A DNA stretch of 64,000 nucleotides from a virus (IMGVR_UViG_3300027974_000032:1-64000); one strand, 5' to 3'; counted from the first letter of the stretch, positions 16,684 to 26,346 are shown. Made by a program: numbers and translations. The notes: a model not told the origin generated them from the sequence alone.

Positions 16684-17013
16684 CTACCCTTGTTCCATTA
16701 TTCTAATAATTTCCTTTAGACTAAATTGCATACCTTTATCTAATCTTAAAACCTCAGACTTATCTATAGCCTTTTGTGTTAGTTTAACCATAGGATTTTT
16801 GTCTGTTACATCCATATCAATATATCCAAGGCTCCAAAGAGACATAACGTCTTGATGAAAATATGAAAAGAATTCATTATGTAGTTCTGGGTTTACCTCT
16901 TCTAACTTATTAGTAAAGTTATATAGGGGTTCTCCTGTCTCCATATCAATACCACAAGCCTCTAGCGCTCCCGCAAGAATTAGTTCCTCAATTATCTTAT
17001 CTTCTTCATTCAT
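16684..17013 (-). CDS. hypothetical protein
   Basis: 109 aa in operon. Confidence 0.7.
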   Translation of the reverse strand: MNEEDKIIEELILAGALEACGIDMETGEPLYNFTNKLEEVNPELHNEFFSYFHQDVMSLWSLGYIDMDVTDKNPMVKLTQKAIDKSEVLRLDKGMQFSLKEIIRIMEQG

Positions 17014-17257
17014 TTACAAACTCCAAAAATTGTTCACGAGTTTTGGCACCATTCATCCGCTTAACCTCTATACCATCATTAATCAAAACGTAGGTGGGAA
17101 CAGATTTGATGCCAAATTTTTCTATTAGTTCAAGTTCTGTATCTGCATCAACAAATATAAAATCAACCAACCCCTCACGCTTAAGTTCATCGGCAACTGG
17201 CTTTGTCCTTTGACATGGATTACACCAATCTGCTGTAAAATAAAGTACATGCTTCAT
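17006..17257 (-). CDS. thioredoxin
   Basis: FTADWCNPC...VDAD...SVPT. Confidence 0.9.
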   Translation of the reverse strand: MKHVLYFTADWCNPCQRTKPVADELKREGLVDFIFVDADTELELIEKFGIKSVPTYVLINDGIEVKRMNGAKTREQFLEFVNE

Positions 17258-17895
17258 TTAACTAATACTACACTAAACTTGGTGTTTTTGCAAGACTTCA
17301 AACCTGTGGCAATAAAGTTTTTTTCAGTTTTATCTACAGACAAACTCCATCTAACTTTAATTGAAACCCAATTTACTAAGTACTCACAAGCATAGGCTTT
17401 ATTTGTTGGCATCCATTCTGCTGGATCTTGGTCAGACTTAGATCTATTTGAACCACCAGTTACAGCAATTAAGTGACGAGGATCTGTTTGGTCATTAGCA
17501 TACATCTCCTTCTTTGCTGCATCCCAAGCAGATGCACCAGAGTCCCAAGCCTCTGCAAGTGGAACCATATGATCTACATCTAGTTTCCCTGCTTCTGTAA
17601 CCACAATATTATCATAGATGCTTAGCCATTGCCCACCCTTAATTACACAGCCTTTTTCAACTACAGGCTTCTTAACTGCCTCAGCAATAATTACTGCCTT
17701 GCGTGAGTCACAACCATTTCCAGCACCTGTCCAGTGCTTAAATAGTGTACGCTTATATCCTGTACGAACCTCATCTGCTACTTTAAGAGTATTCAAAGCA
17801 GTTGTAGCATCCTTATATGATACTGTACTTGCTGCTTGAGCAGCACTTGCAACCATAGAAATACTAATGATTGCGGTTAATAATAGTTTACGCAT
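17254..17895 (-). CDS. secreted DUF1524/HNH-family nuclease
   Basis: Signal peptide MRKLLLTAIISISMVASAAQA; DVDHMVPLAEAW.SGA, NRSKSDQDPAEW. Confidence 0.85.
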   Translation of the reverse strand: MRKLLLTAIISISMVASAAQAASTVSYKDATTALNTLKVADEVRTGYKRTLFKHWTGAGNGCDSRKAVIIAEAVKKPVVEKGCVIKGGQWLSIYDNIVVTEAGKLDVDHMVPLAEAWDSGASAWDAAKKEMYANDQTDPRHLIAVTGGSNRSKSDQDPAEWMPTNKAYACEYLVNWVSIKVRWSLSVDKTEKNFIATGLKSCKNTKFSVVLVK

Positions 17896-18097
17896 TCTTT
17901 CTCCCCCAATTAATTTTATCCCAAATTCTTTCATGCCAATAATAAATTCCAACCTTAACAATTGTTTCCCACATTGCAATTAGAGCAGAAAGACTTCCTT
18001 TTCCAGTAATAGCATAGGCAACCAAAAAAGATGATAATGTACCAAAAATACGATAACTTAATGACTTCGTAAATGATCTTTGTTTAGTTACTTTCAT
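17888..18097 (-). CDS. DUF2061 small membrane protein
   Basis: RSFTKSLSYR...YYWHERIW.KI.WG. Confidence 0.8.
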   Translation of the reverse strand: MKVTKQRSFTKSLSYRIFGTLSSFLVAYAITGKGSLSALIAMWETIVKVGIYYWHERIWDKINWGRKNA

Positions 18098-18297
18098 TCT
18101 CTACCCCATGACGTTTTGTTCCATGCTCTTTCATGAACATAATAAAGTATAAAGTTTATGCCATTTGTTAAAAGAGTTCCAACCCAGGCTACTTTGATCT
18201 CACCACTAACAATATAGATTGATATAAAAGTTGTTATAAGTGCTATAACTCTCCATGTTAATGATTTTATTAATGATCTTTTTTTATTTACGTTCAT
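18094..18297 (-). CDS. DUF2061 small membrane protein
   Basis: RSLIKSLTWR...YYVHERAWNK.SWG; start MNVNKK. Confidence 0.8.
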   Translation of the reverse strand: MNVNKKRSLIKSLTWRVIALITTFISIYIVSGEIKVAWVGTLLTNGINFILYYVHERAWNKTSWGRE

Positions 18298-18427
18298 TTT
18301 TGTCGCCAAACATTATTCGCTCTTCTGCTTCATTCATTTTCTTGCCAGACTCTTCAATATAACTAAATGCTGAAACACTTATTTTTTTTATAAAATTAAA
18401 TATAATAATAAATACTTTATTCATCAT
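18284..18427 (-). CDS. small hypothetical protein (47 aa)
   Basis: MMNKVFIIIFNF...; ATGA coupling fills operon gap. Confidence 0.45.
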   Translation of the reverse strand: MMNKVFIIIFNFIKKISVSAFSYIEESGKKMNEAEERIMFGDKNERK

Positions 18428-19158
18428 TTTTCCTTTCCAGAAATCACAAGTGTTGGTTGCTGAACCCTGTTTTTTAAAACAAAGTCCATTATATCACTTA
18501 ACTTTCCTTCCATCATAAACTCATCTTGTGTTGTTAAGTTGCTCAAAAGAGTCATCTCTTTTTCTGCACCCAAATGATACAGTAACTCTTTAAAAAATAT
18601 ATCCTGTATCTCATGATGATAAAATATTACTGATGGATATTGACTATTTTTTATATTTTCGTATATATATTTTTTGTTCTTATCATAAAAGATCATTCCA
18701 TAAAAAGAAAATGATTGACCATAGTAAAATTTAGAATAAGATAGTGAGTCAATTACTGAGGATGGGCCTGGTAAAATTTTGTATTTAATACCTTTTGATA
18801 TGGCTAACTGCCTAATTGTATCAAATGGATCTTGAACAATTGCACTTCCCTCATCAGATAAGCACAAAACAGTTTCATTTAAAGAAATATGCCTCATTAC
18901 CTCATCAGACATTCTTTGTCCGCTATTGTTGACACCCTTTAAATCATGAGTTATACCATTTGTCATAAAATCTCTTGGAGAAAAACTAACTATCTCTCCA
19001 GTAAAGTTTAACTCATAGCGATCAATTATTTCTTTTATGGTTTCTTCATTTTCAACAGCAAGAACTTCTGCTTTTTCAATATGATTGACTAAATTATATG
19101 TTAAGTCGTCTAGGTTACCTATTGGCATTGTTCCAAATATTAGTTTTGCATTACTCAC
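18424..19158 (-). CDS. RsmI-like SAM-dependent methyltransferase (second copy)
   Basis: TMPIGNLDDLT, LSDEG...QDP, LPGPSS, FSFYG, LTTQDE. Confidence 0.75.
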   Translation of the reverse strand: MSNAKLIFGTMPIGNLDDLTYNLVNHIEKAEVLAVENEETIKEIIDRYELNFTGEIVSFSPRDFMTNGITHDLKGVNNSGQRMSDEVMRHISLNETVLCLSDEGSAIVQDPFDTIRQLAISKGIKYKILPGPSSVIDSLSYSKFYYGQSFSFYGMIFYDKNKKYIYENIKNSQYPSVIFYHHEIQDIFFKELLYHLGAEKEMTLLSNLTTQDEFMMEGKLSDIMDFVLKNRVQQPTLVISGKEK

Positions 19159-19916
19159 AGTCCTAGTTCCTTGCGTTTTTCAGTTGCAGATATAGCATGT
19201 ATCTCTGCACCCAAATCAACCTGCTCAATCTTATAACCGACATCACGACCATATACAATGTTAGTGATATTAGGAAGTCTTAATACTAGTGCACCATCCA
19301 TAAATTCATCCTTGGCAATGTACTCTTTAACCTGATCAAACTTAAGTGGATCTTTCTCACTTGTATTATAAGTGTTACGGACTCCAAGAAGGACTTGATC
19401 TGTTCTCTTCCCCGCCTCTTTGTAAAGTGCGTGATGGCCTTCGTGCCATGGTTGATATCTACCAAGCATAAGAGTTGTTGGTGCTGACCAATCATGGAGA
19501 TTAAACTTGTCTATAATATGTGATGACTTCTCTACTGCACCAAGATTATGACTAATAAAAGATACATCAGGACTCTCTGGACGCTCAAACATCTTATTTG
19601 TGTCTTCAAAACGGCCCTCTGCAATGGTATCCATAAATACTAAAATATCTGGCTTTCCAAATGCTGCACGAGTCAATTCTGTTGGACATACAAAATCTAC
19701 AATTACTGGAGCAACACCTTGCTTAGCAATTAGTCTTGCCATCTCACCCATACGACGTGCTTGCTCAATTCTATCTTCTGATGTAAAGCCTAGATCTGAG
19801 TTAACAGTTGCACGAACTTCATCTGCGTTAAGATGAATAGCATTAATGCGTTCCTTAAGTGTTTTTGCAAGTTCAGTTTTCCCTGATCCTGGAAGCCCAA
19901 TAATTTGTATAATCAT
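19155..19916 (-). CDS. cysC: adenylylsulfate kinase-like domain fused to HxGH nucleotidyltransferase
   Basis: GLPGSGKT, NADEVR...DLGFTSEDR.EQARR, FVCP, FE.P; then GRYQPWHEGH...GRDVGY...ISAT. Confidence 0.8.
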   Translation of the reverse strand: MIIQIIGLPGSGKTELAKTLKERINAIHLNADEVRATVNSDLGFTSEDRIEQARRMGEMARLIAKQGVAPVIVDFVCPTELTRAAFGKPDILVFMDTIAEGRFEDTNKMFERPESPDVSFISHNLGAVEKSSHIIDKFNLHDWSAPTTLMLGRYQPWHEGHHALYKEAGKRTDQVLLGVRNTYNTSEKDPLKFDQVKEYIAKDEFMDGALVLRLPNITNIVYGRDVGYKIEQVDLGAEIHAISATEKRKELGL

Positions 19917-19918
19917 TT

Positions 19919-20500
19919 TTATTCTCCTATGTATTGTTCTGGTACTATATCAATAATCATATGAATTCTATCCTCATGACTATTATTTGTTACGTAGTGG
20001 ACTTTGCTATTATTAATTTCCCAGCACTCTCCAACTTTCATATTAATACTTTCTTCATCAACGTGAAACATAACATCTTTATTTGTTTTTAATGGGATAT
20101 GGTGTCTTCTTACTATTCCCAAATATTTTGATTCGTCTGCGTGTGGAATAATATCACTATCTGGAAGTAGTTTAACTATCATGGCAAGCGATGCTTTTCC
20201 ATTATGAACAACCTCAAGGTCTTTCATTATTTTATCTGCAATAGATAAAACATGCACACTATTTGCTAAAGGGAATACTGCCAACTTTTCATGTGGTTCC
20301 CATCCTGGCTTAAAAGATCTTAAATAGTATGTATTTGTATTCATATGAACACTATTTGGCTGATTTTGTCTAGATGTATCAAGTCTCCACTCAGTTGTAA
20401 ACTTGCCTACTATTTCTGACAACTCTGATACATCATAGGACCTTATAAGATTAAAGTTAAAATCCTCATTTAATTTGTTGTATGCATTCATACTAATCAT
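19919..20500 (-). CDS. Asp/Asn beta-hydroxylase-like 2OG oxygenase
   Basis: IIPHAD...RHHIPL.TN...GECWEINN..VH.V.N....RIHMIID. Confidence 0.8.
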   Translation of the reverse strand: MISMNAYNKLNEDFNFNLIRSYDVSELSEIVGKFTTEWRLDTSRQNQPNSVHMNTNTYYLRSFKPGWEPHEKLAVFPLANSVHVLSIADKIMKDLEVVHNGKASLAMIVKLLPDSDIIPHADESKYLGIVRRHHIPLKTNKDVMFHVDEESINMKVGECWEINNSKVHYVTNNSHEDRIHMIIDIVPEQYIGE

Positions 20501-21125
20501 TATACCCTAAAGCCCTAAACTCCCAAGACCAATCATGGGCAATCATATCTAAATAAACAGTTGAAAAAACATCTTTATAATTTATGCCTTTGGGCCTATA
20601 GGCTTTTTCATTAGCAGTTACATTAATGGTTGGCAAACCATGCAATGGAAGAATTCTATTAATCTCTTGCTCAAGACCTTTTTCATGCCTCAATATATCT
20701 GTTACTGCTATCTCTCCATTGACCGTATAGATATCCTTTGTACTTTTCATCCAAGGTCCATTGCTAAACTGATTATTAAAATAGTAATCAACTAGCCTAT
20801 CTTGCTCTAGTTTGCTAAGTGAATTCCAATGAACATTTATTATTTCAGATCTAAAGAAAAAATCAGAAAGAACCATTTCGTATGGATGTCTAACTATCGT
20901 ATAAGACTTTACACCAGATAAATCAAGTTCTTGATTTGCCTCGAGCCATGTTGTATGATTAACAAACTTTCCAAAGTTTCTTGGTCTATGCTCTTTATTG
21001 GGTGGATTGATCAAGGTAACAACTGCAGAGTCTGGTAAAATTTTTGATAACTCTACCTCAAGAGAAGTACTACCAACTTTCATATTTTTGATTAACAGAA
21101 AGTTATGGTCTTTAGAAAAGATCAT
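20493..21125 (-). CDS. sulfotransferase family 2-like protein
   Basis: FLLIKNMKVGSTS, TIVRHPYE..LS.F, F..LGY end. Confidence 0.7.
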   Translation of the reverse strand: MIFSKDHNFLLIKNMKVGSTSLEVELSKILPDSAVVTLINPPNKEHRPRNFGKFVNHTTWLEANQELDLSGVKSYTIVRHPYEMVLSDFFFRSEIINVHWNSLSKLEQDRLVDYYFNNQFSNGPWMKSTKDIYTVNGEIAVTDILRHEKGLEQEINRILPLHGLPTINVTANEKAYRPKGINYKDVFSTVYLDMIAHDWSWEFRALGYND

Positions 21126-21126
21126 T

Positions 21127-21369
21127 TTACCAAGTTTCAGTTTCTGGCTTTTTGATTAACTTATCACGTTCATCGGTAATTGTTATTGCAAATCCCATCA
21201 TTTTTTCATACGAAAGAGGATTGTCCATAATTTTGTTATAGTGATGACCACAAAATAAAAGTTCTCCATTGAGTCCAACTACCTGAACTAATGCCTCTGC
21301 CTGACAAGAGTCACAGCGATCCAATGGGGTAAGGATATACTTACTCTCTTCTTTCATATCGGTAATCAT
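21127..21369 (-). CDS. zinc-finger protein of actinobacterial type
   Basis: LTPLDRCDSC.AEA...ELLFCGHH. Confidence 0.7.
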   Translation of the reverse strand: MITDMKEESKYILTPLDRCDSCQAEALVQVVGLNGELLFCGHHYNKIMDNPLSYEKMMGFAITITDERDKLIKKPETETW

Positions 21370-21887
21370 ATTAGTTTCTCCTTTTTATTATACTCTTCTT
21401 TTATTGTTTTATTTGATAAAATTCTTTCATCTATAATATTTTTAGGTTCTGCATACAAAAAGTTGTTAGATAGTGACCTGTAATGCGTTTTTCTCCAATG
21501 AAAATTGCAAAAAAACTTATCTTCTCCTACTTGGTCATTAATAATTTTTACAAATGCTTCTTCTTCACACCAGCATAGTTCGCTAAAAGTTCTAACTGTT
21601 GCTTTTTTGTCAAATGTGTCCTTTATGCTTTCAAGTTTTTCAACAACATATTTTTCAATTTCTGGCCATAGGTTGGGGGTAGAGTCATTCGTCATGTTTC
21701 TTTCATAGATGTAATGAAAGTCACATAAAAACCTTTTTCCTCTAGAGCCTTCTAGGTAAACAAGTGCAGGAGCAACACACGAAGTACTCATCATATTTAC
21801 AAACTCTGGCTTTATTGCTTTATATGATAAGGAGACCATTGGATCAAAGGCCTCGCAGGTTTGTCCATCTGGAATTTCTTTTATCAT
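21366..21887 (-). CDS. protein with two C...FCxFH zinc-finger repeats
   Basis: FLCDFH and FFCNFH. Confidence 0.6.
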   Translation of the reverse strand: MIKEIPDGQTCEAFDPMVSLSYKAIKPEFVNMMSTSCVAPALVYLEGSRGKRFLCDFHYIYERNMTNDSTPNLWPEIEKYVVEKLESIKDTFDKKATVRTFSELCWCEEEAFVKIINDQVGEDKFFCNFHWRKTHYRSLSNNFLYAEPKNIIDERILSNKTIKEEYNKKEKLI

Positions 21888-22069
21888 TTTTTCCTATTGT
21901 CAGTGGAGTAGAAACCACTCCCATTGAATACTGCTCCTATAATAGAGTATACACGAGTTAGATCTGAATTGCAAGTTTCACACTTATACCCTGGATCATT
22001 GTCAGAGATAGATCGCTCTTTAATAAAATTATCATTGCAAGTACTACAATTATATTCATAAATAGCCAT
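21884..22069 (-). CDS. FmdB-family zinc-ribbon protein
   Basis: YEYNCSTC...CETC...FNGSGFYSTD. Confidence 0.85.
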   Translation of the reverse strand: MAIYEYNCSTCNDNFIKERSISDNDPGYKCETCNSDLTRVYSIIGAVFNGSGFYSTDNRKK

Positions 22070-22074
22070 AAATA

Positions 22075-22182
22075 TTACTTCTTCTTTTTTGCTTTTACTG
22101 TCCAGTATGGTAACTTAAGGTTATCTCCAGACCATTCATAACCAAGCAACTTGACAACAAATTTAATAATTTTAATTCTCAT
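22075..22182 (-). CDS. small basic peptide (35 aa)
   Basis: MRIKIIKFVVKLLGYEWSGDNLKLPYWTVKAKKKK; TAATG coupling. Confidence 0.55.
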   Translation of the reverse strand: MRIKIIKFVVKLLGYEWSGDNLKLPYWTVKAKKKK

Positions 22183-22382
22183 TATTTAACTCCTTTCCCA
22201 AACTTTGCCCATAATCTTTCATGTACAAAATATCCTAGTGACTCAATTGCAATGTATAGAATTGCTCCCAAACCTGCATACTCCCATTCACCAGTAAATA
22301 TATATATTATTCCTGCAAGGACAACAAGATGAAATGTTTCCCAACTCAATGTCTTTATGGATGTTCTTCTCTTTGACTCCAT
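22182..22382 (-). CDS. DUF2061 small membrane protein (third copy)
   Basis: MESKRRTSIKTLSW...TG...YFVHERLWAK. Confidence 0.75.
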   Translation of the reverse strand: MESKRRTSIKTLSWETFHLVVLAGIIYIFTGEWEYAGLGAILYIAIESLGYFVHERLWAKFGKGVK

Positions 22383-23029
22383 TACTTGGTCACTGTCTTA
22401 CTTCCGCCACCTGAAGACTTTGATTTAACTGGCTTTGCGGTTGCAGACTTCTTTGCAGCATCTGGAGATGTAGCATTAACTGGAGTTGCTGACAACTTGT
22501 TTAGCAATGAAGCATTTTCTTCACCAGCATATACTGGACGACCCCAACCAACTACTGCATTTAGCAACTTCTTTTTATTATTCTTTACATAACCACGAGT
22601 TTTTTCTACACACATTCCACCATTGCGCTGGTCTCCCTTTGCAGTTCCTGAAGTGTTTCCTTCAATAACCTGAATTGTTCCGTCACCATTATTCTTAATG
22701 CAAAGACCAACGTGAGAAATGCGGTTTACACCATCATCTGGAAAATCAAAATAAATCCAGTCTCCTGCCTGTGGATCATCATTTCGAGCATCTGACCAAC
22801 GCTCAGCCTTCTTGAACCAATCTGATGCTGCAACTGTTGATGCAGACTTGGGGAATGATTTTACCCCTGATGTAAATGCACACCATGAAACAAATGACTG
22901 GCACCATGGTTGAAAGTTTACCTTAATCCATGCACCGTACTTTGTTTCGTTATCTTTTGGACCCTCAATGGTTCCTAATTCTTTCTTTGCAATTTCGATG
23001 ATTGCTTCTACTGATCCTTTTGTTGCCAT
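22382..23029 (-). CDS. CHAP-domain endolysin/amidase
   Basis: PWCQSFVSWC, GD..YF, SHVGL, IEGNT. Confidence 0.88.
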   Translation of the reverse strand: MATKGSVEAIIEIAKKELGTIEGPKDNETKYGAWIKVNFQPWCQSFVSWCAFTSGVKSFPKSASTVAASDWFKKAERWSDARNDDPQAGDWIYFDFPDDGVNRISHVGLCIKNNGDGTIQVIEGNTSGTAKGDQRNGGMCVEKTRGYVKNNKKKLLNAVVGWGRPVYAGEENASLLNKLSATPVNATSPDAAKKSATAKPVKSKSSGGGSKTVTK

Positions 23030-23054
23030 GTTACCCTCCTATAGGTTTATATCT

Positions 23055-23083
23055 ATTATATCATTCATATTGCTTTGTGTCAA
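23055..23083 (-). promoter_or_regulatory. consensus promoter embedded in 3' end of upstream CDS, drives lysin
   Basis: TTGACA-17-TATAAT. Confidence 0.8.
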
Positions 23084-23954
23084 TCAACCCAAGAAATCCT
23101 TTGGACCATAAGTAATGGTATAAGTATCCAAGGTGACCATCTCTTTTACGCTCCCAGTCATCTCTTGGCTCTATGTTTTTAAGAAAAAAGTCTATATTTG
23201 ATTTTATAAAAACTTCAGGATCTGGCATTTCTATAAAATTTTTAAATATTTTTGCATTTTTATAATTAACTGCATCTTCGTCATCCCATGTCGACCAAGC
23301 CAATTGAATATTGTTTGTAGCACAATAGTCTTCAAAAAGTTTTATGAGCATTGTAAATACAATAAAGTTTGACCTTTGTTCTTCAGTAGTTATTTTTCTT
23401 TTCCAGGTTGATTCAGGCTCTATATCTTCTGCACTGTTTGGCATTGACCCATAATATTGAAATATTTCAACATCTTTATTTTGCTCTTTCCATTTATAAA
23501 ACCTGCCAATATTTGGAAATAATATAAAAATTTTATCTGGTTTTCCATAATTATTAATATAAGACATTATGTTTGATATTATTATGTCATATCCCCATCC
23601 ATGTCTTGCAACATTAAAAAATCCAGAAAGTTTGCTATTTTTTAATAAATGACTATATGTCATGTATGACCAACAAGATTCTAAACTTCCACCAACCCCC
23701 TCTGTTGCTGAGCACCCAGCGAAAAGAACATGATCTCCATTGTGAACACTATTAAACTCATCAGATCTAAATCCAAAAGAGTTGTAAGAGTATCTGATTG
23801 TGTCGTCAAACTTTATCTTTTTACTATTGGTAAATTCTCCAGCAGCAACAAACTCTTCTTCTGGCTTACGGATAGTTTTGTCTAATTCATTAAAAAATAG
23901 CGCATTGACTATTTCATTTTTTTGAATTGGGCTCATGAGATAATCTTTTGGCAT
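23061..23954 (-). CDS. SGNH/GDSL-like hypothetical protein
   Basis: NSFGFRSDEF...FAGCSATEGVG...RDGHLG. Confidence 0.6.
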   Translation of the reverse strand: MPKDYLMSPIQKNEIVNALFFNELDKTIRKPEEEFVAAGEFTNSKKIKFDDTIRYSYNSFGFRSDEFNSVHNGDHVLFAGCSATEGVGGSLESCWSYMTYSHLLKNSKLSGFFNVARHGWGYDIIISNIMSYINNYGKPDKIFILFPNIGRFYKWKEQNKDVEIFQYYGSMPNSAEDIEPESTWKRKITTEEQRSNFIVFTMLIKLFEDYCATNNIQLAWSTWDDEDAVNYKNAKIFKNFIEMPDPEVFIKSNIDFFLKNIEPRDDWERKRDGHLGYLYHYLWSKGFLGLIDTKQYE

Positions 23955-23958
23955 AAAC

Positions 23959-25383
23959 CTATACTATAATTTTTGTATTATAGTTTGACTCCCATTCAGC
24001 AATATCTAACTCATCATTTAGTAGTGGTTGTCCCTTAATATTTAGGCTAGTATTTAAAAGAACTGGCACTCCAGTTTCTAGATAGAATTTATTAAGCAAT
24101 CTCCACAGTCCAGGGTGATCTTTTTTATTCACAGTCTGAACTCTTGATGTTCCGTCAGCATGCACGACAGATGGTATTTTTTCTGGTTGTAAGCACTTTA
24201 CCGTATACTGCATATAGGGACTTGAAAAATCCATATCAAACCATTTACTTGCATGCTCTTCCATAACCACAGGAGCAAACGGTCTAAACTGCTCCCTCTG
24301 TTTAATTTTATTTACTTTGTTTTTTATGTCTGGGTCTCTAGGATCTGCCAATATACTTCTATTTCCTAGTGCTCTTGGTCCAAACTCTGCTCTTCCTACT
24401 GCTACTACTGCTATCTTATCTTTTTTCAATGCTTCAAAAATTTTATCTACTGGATAATCTCCACCAAGGTCATGACCAAGATATGGCCCCTTCCACTCTA
24501 GATGTTTTCCGTATAGTGCTGCTGCTGCCCCTAAAGAACTTCCAGCATCACCTGGGTTGGGCATAATCCAAATCATATCAAAAATGTTCCATAGTAAAGT
24601 ATTTGCTGAAGAGTTTAATGCACATCCACCCATAAATACTAAATTCTTTTTACCAGTAATAGAATAAGCCATATGCATAAAATCATTTAGTCTTTGCTGA
24701 TAAACAACTTGAACGGCTGCTGCAATGTCAAATCTATCTTGTTGATTTATATGCATGCCCCAGTCGGTAATTCCTTTATGAAAATTATACTTTTGCTGAT
24801 TATGTCTAGGAAAGTATTCATCAACTTCTTTATAGTATCTCTTCCAGTCCCCATAAGCAGCCATACCCATCATAATATATTCTTCTTGATTTGGCATCAA
24901 ACCAATTAATTGTGTGAATGCTGAATAAAATAACCCAAAACTAACAGGATAGTTTTGTTTATATTTTAACCTAATCTTATCACCTTCTCCAATCCAAATT
25001 GTAGAAGTATTATACTCACCCATAGCATCAAGCACTACAATGACTGCATCATTAAAATCGCTTGTATAGTATCCCGCTGCTGCATGGGAATAGTGATGGC
25101 TAAAAGATTTTCTAGGTATAGAGTCAAGATAAAACTTGGGCTTCCAGTCCCCACAGCCACCCTTTAAAAATAGCCTAGAGGCTTTTAGAAGGGGTTTTTC
25201 ATAGTAGGCAATATAGTCTGGTGCACCATAGGATAATGCATCTTTTACTAAACTATTATTGATGTACCAATCATTTTTTTCTTTACTATATCTTTCTGCA
25301 TGCCCAGCAAAAAGGATCTCTCCATCTTTAATTAAAGACAGGGAGGCATCATGAGATGTCTCATTGACTCCTAAAATTATCAT
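23959..25383 (-). CDS. carbamoyltransferase (NodU/CmcH family)
   Basis: HDAS, ERYSKEK, HHYSHA, GGCALN, GDAG, EFGPRALGNRS, REQFRPFAP, NTSLN. Confidence 0.93.
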   Translation of the reverse strand: MIILGVNETSHDASLSLIKDGEILFAGHAERYSKEKNDWYINNSLVKDALSYGAPDYIAYYEKPLLKASRLFLKGGCGDWKPKFYLDSIPRKSFSHHYSHAAAGYYTSDFNDAVIVVLDAMGEYNTSTIWIGEGDKIRLKYKQNYPVSFGLFYSAFTQLIGLMPNQEEYIMMGMAAYGDWKRYYKEVDEYFPRHNQQKYNFHKGITDWGMHINQQDRFDIAAAVQVVYQQRLNDFMHMAYSITGKKNLVFMGGCALNSSANTLLWNIFDMIWIMPNPGDAGSSLGAAAALYGKHLEWKGPYLGHDLGGDYPVDKIFEALKKDKIAVVAVGRAEFGPRALGNRSILADPRDPDIKNKVNKIKQREQFRPFAPVVMEEHASKWFDMDFSSPYMQYTVKCLQPEKIPSVVHADGTSRVQTVNKKDHPGLWRLLNKFYLETGVPVLLNTSLNIKGQPLLNDELDIAEWESNYNTKIIV

Positions 25384-25432
25384 ATGTATATGGTACCATA
25401 AATACATAGGCATCAGAATTAGAGGCAACAAT

Positions 25433-26263
25433 ATGAACGTAAATGTTTTAAGGTTTTATAATAAAACTCCATTTAATCAATATAATTCTATAAAAAAGGA
25501 ATCTCTTTCCACTCAATTTACCAACCCAGCGAACCTCATCCCTATTTTATATAAAATAAACTATGATAATGAAATCCTTGAGATGGGTTCTGGTGCTGGA
25601 TGGTTAATCAATGGGTTGGCATATCACAACAATGCCTTTGGTCTTGGGGTTGATTTTAATAAAAAGGCAGTAAAAATCTCAAATAAAGTATCTAATAAAT
25701 TAAATTTAAACACAAGGTTTATTGAAGAAGATATCTTTAGTTTTGCAAAAAAATCTGAAACAAGGTTTAAAACAATAATATCTTTTGGTGCATTGCACCA
25801 TACTGAAGATTGCCATGAAGCAATTAAATTAATCGTAGAAAATCTTTTAGAGAAAGATGGTGTATTGATTTTAGGTCTTTATCATAGTTATGAAAGAAAG
25901 CCATTCTTAGATTATTTTAATCATTTAAAGCAAACTGGACTATCTAATAAAAAACTATTTAATTACTACAAAAAACTAAAACATAAAAACTTTATTACCA
26001 AAGATAAATCTTTAATTAAGTCAATCTTTAATGACCAGGTACTACACCCACATGAAACACAGCATTCTTTTGTTGAGATAAAAGAACTTTTAGAAAACCT
26101 TGACTGCACAGTAATTAAAACATCAATTAACAACTATAAAGATATAGTTGGAGATGAAGACTGGAACTCTATAGAGAACATAATTTTAAAAAATGCACAG
26201 GTAGATATTGATAACTTTATCTTTAATCCTGGTCTATTTACAATTAAGGCAGTTAAAAACTAA
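25433..26263 (+). CDS. class I SAM-dependent methyltransferase
   Basis: ILEMGSGAG, GVDF, GALHHT; DQVLHPHE. Confidence 0.82.
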   Translation: MNVNVLRFYNKTPFNQYNSIKKESLSTQFTNPANLIPILYKINYDNEILEMGSGAGWLINGLAYHNNAFGLGVDFNKKAVKISNKVSNKLNLNTRFIEEDIFSFAKKSETRFKTIISFGALHHTEDCHEAIKLIVENLLEKDGVLILGLYHSYERKPFLDYFNHLKQTGLSNKKLFNYYKKLKHKNFITKDKSLIKSIFNDQVLHPHETQHSFVEIKELLENLDCTVIKTSINNYKDIVGDEDWNSIENIILKNAQVDIDNFIFNPGLFTIKAVKN

Positions 26264-26346
26264 TATATAAACCTATTATTTTTAAAACTTCTTTTTACTT
26301 TTTTAATAATAAAGTAAAGTTTTATTTTTCTTATAAGTTTTCTCAT
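26260..26346 (-). CDS. small highly basic peptide (28 aa)
   Basis: MRKLIRKIKLYFIIKKVKRSFKNNRFIY; ATGA coupling. Confidence 0.45.
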   Translation of the reverse strand: MRKLIRKIKLYFIIKKVKRSFKNNRFIY

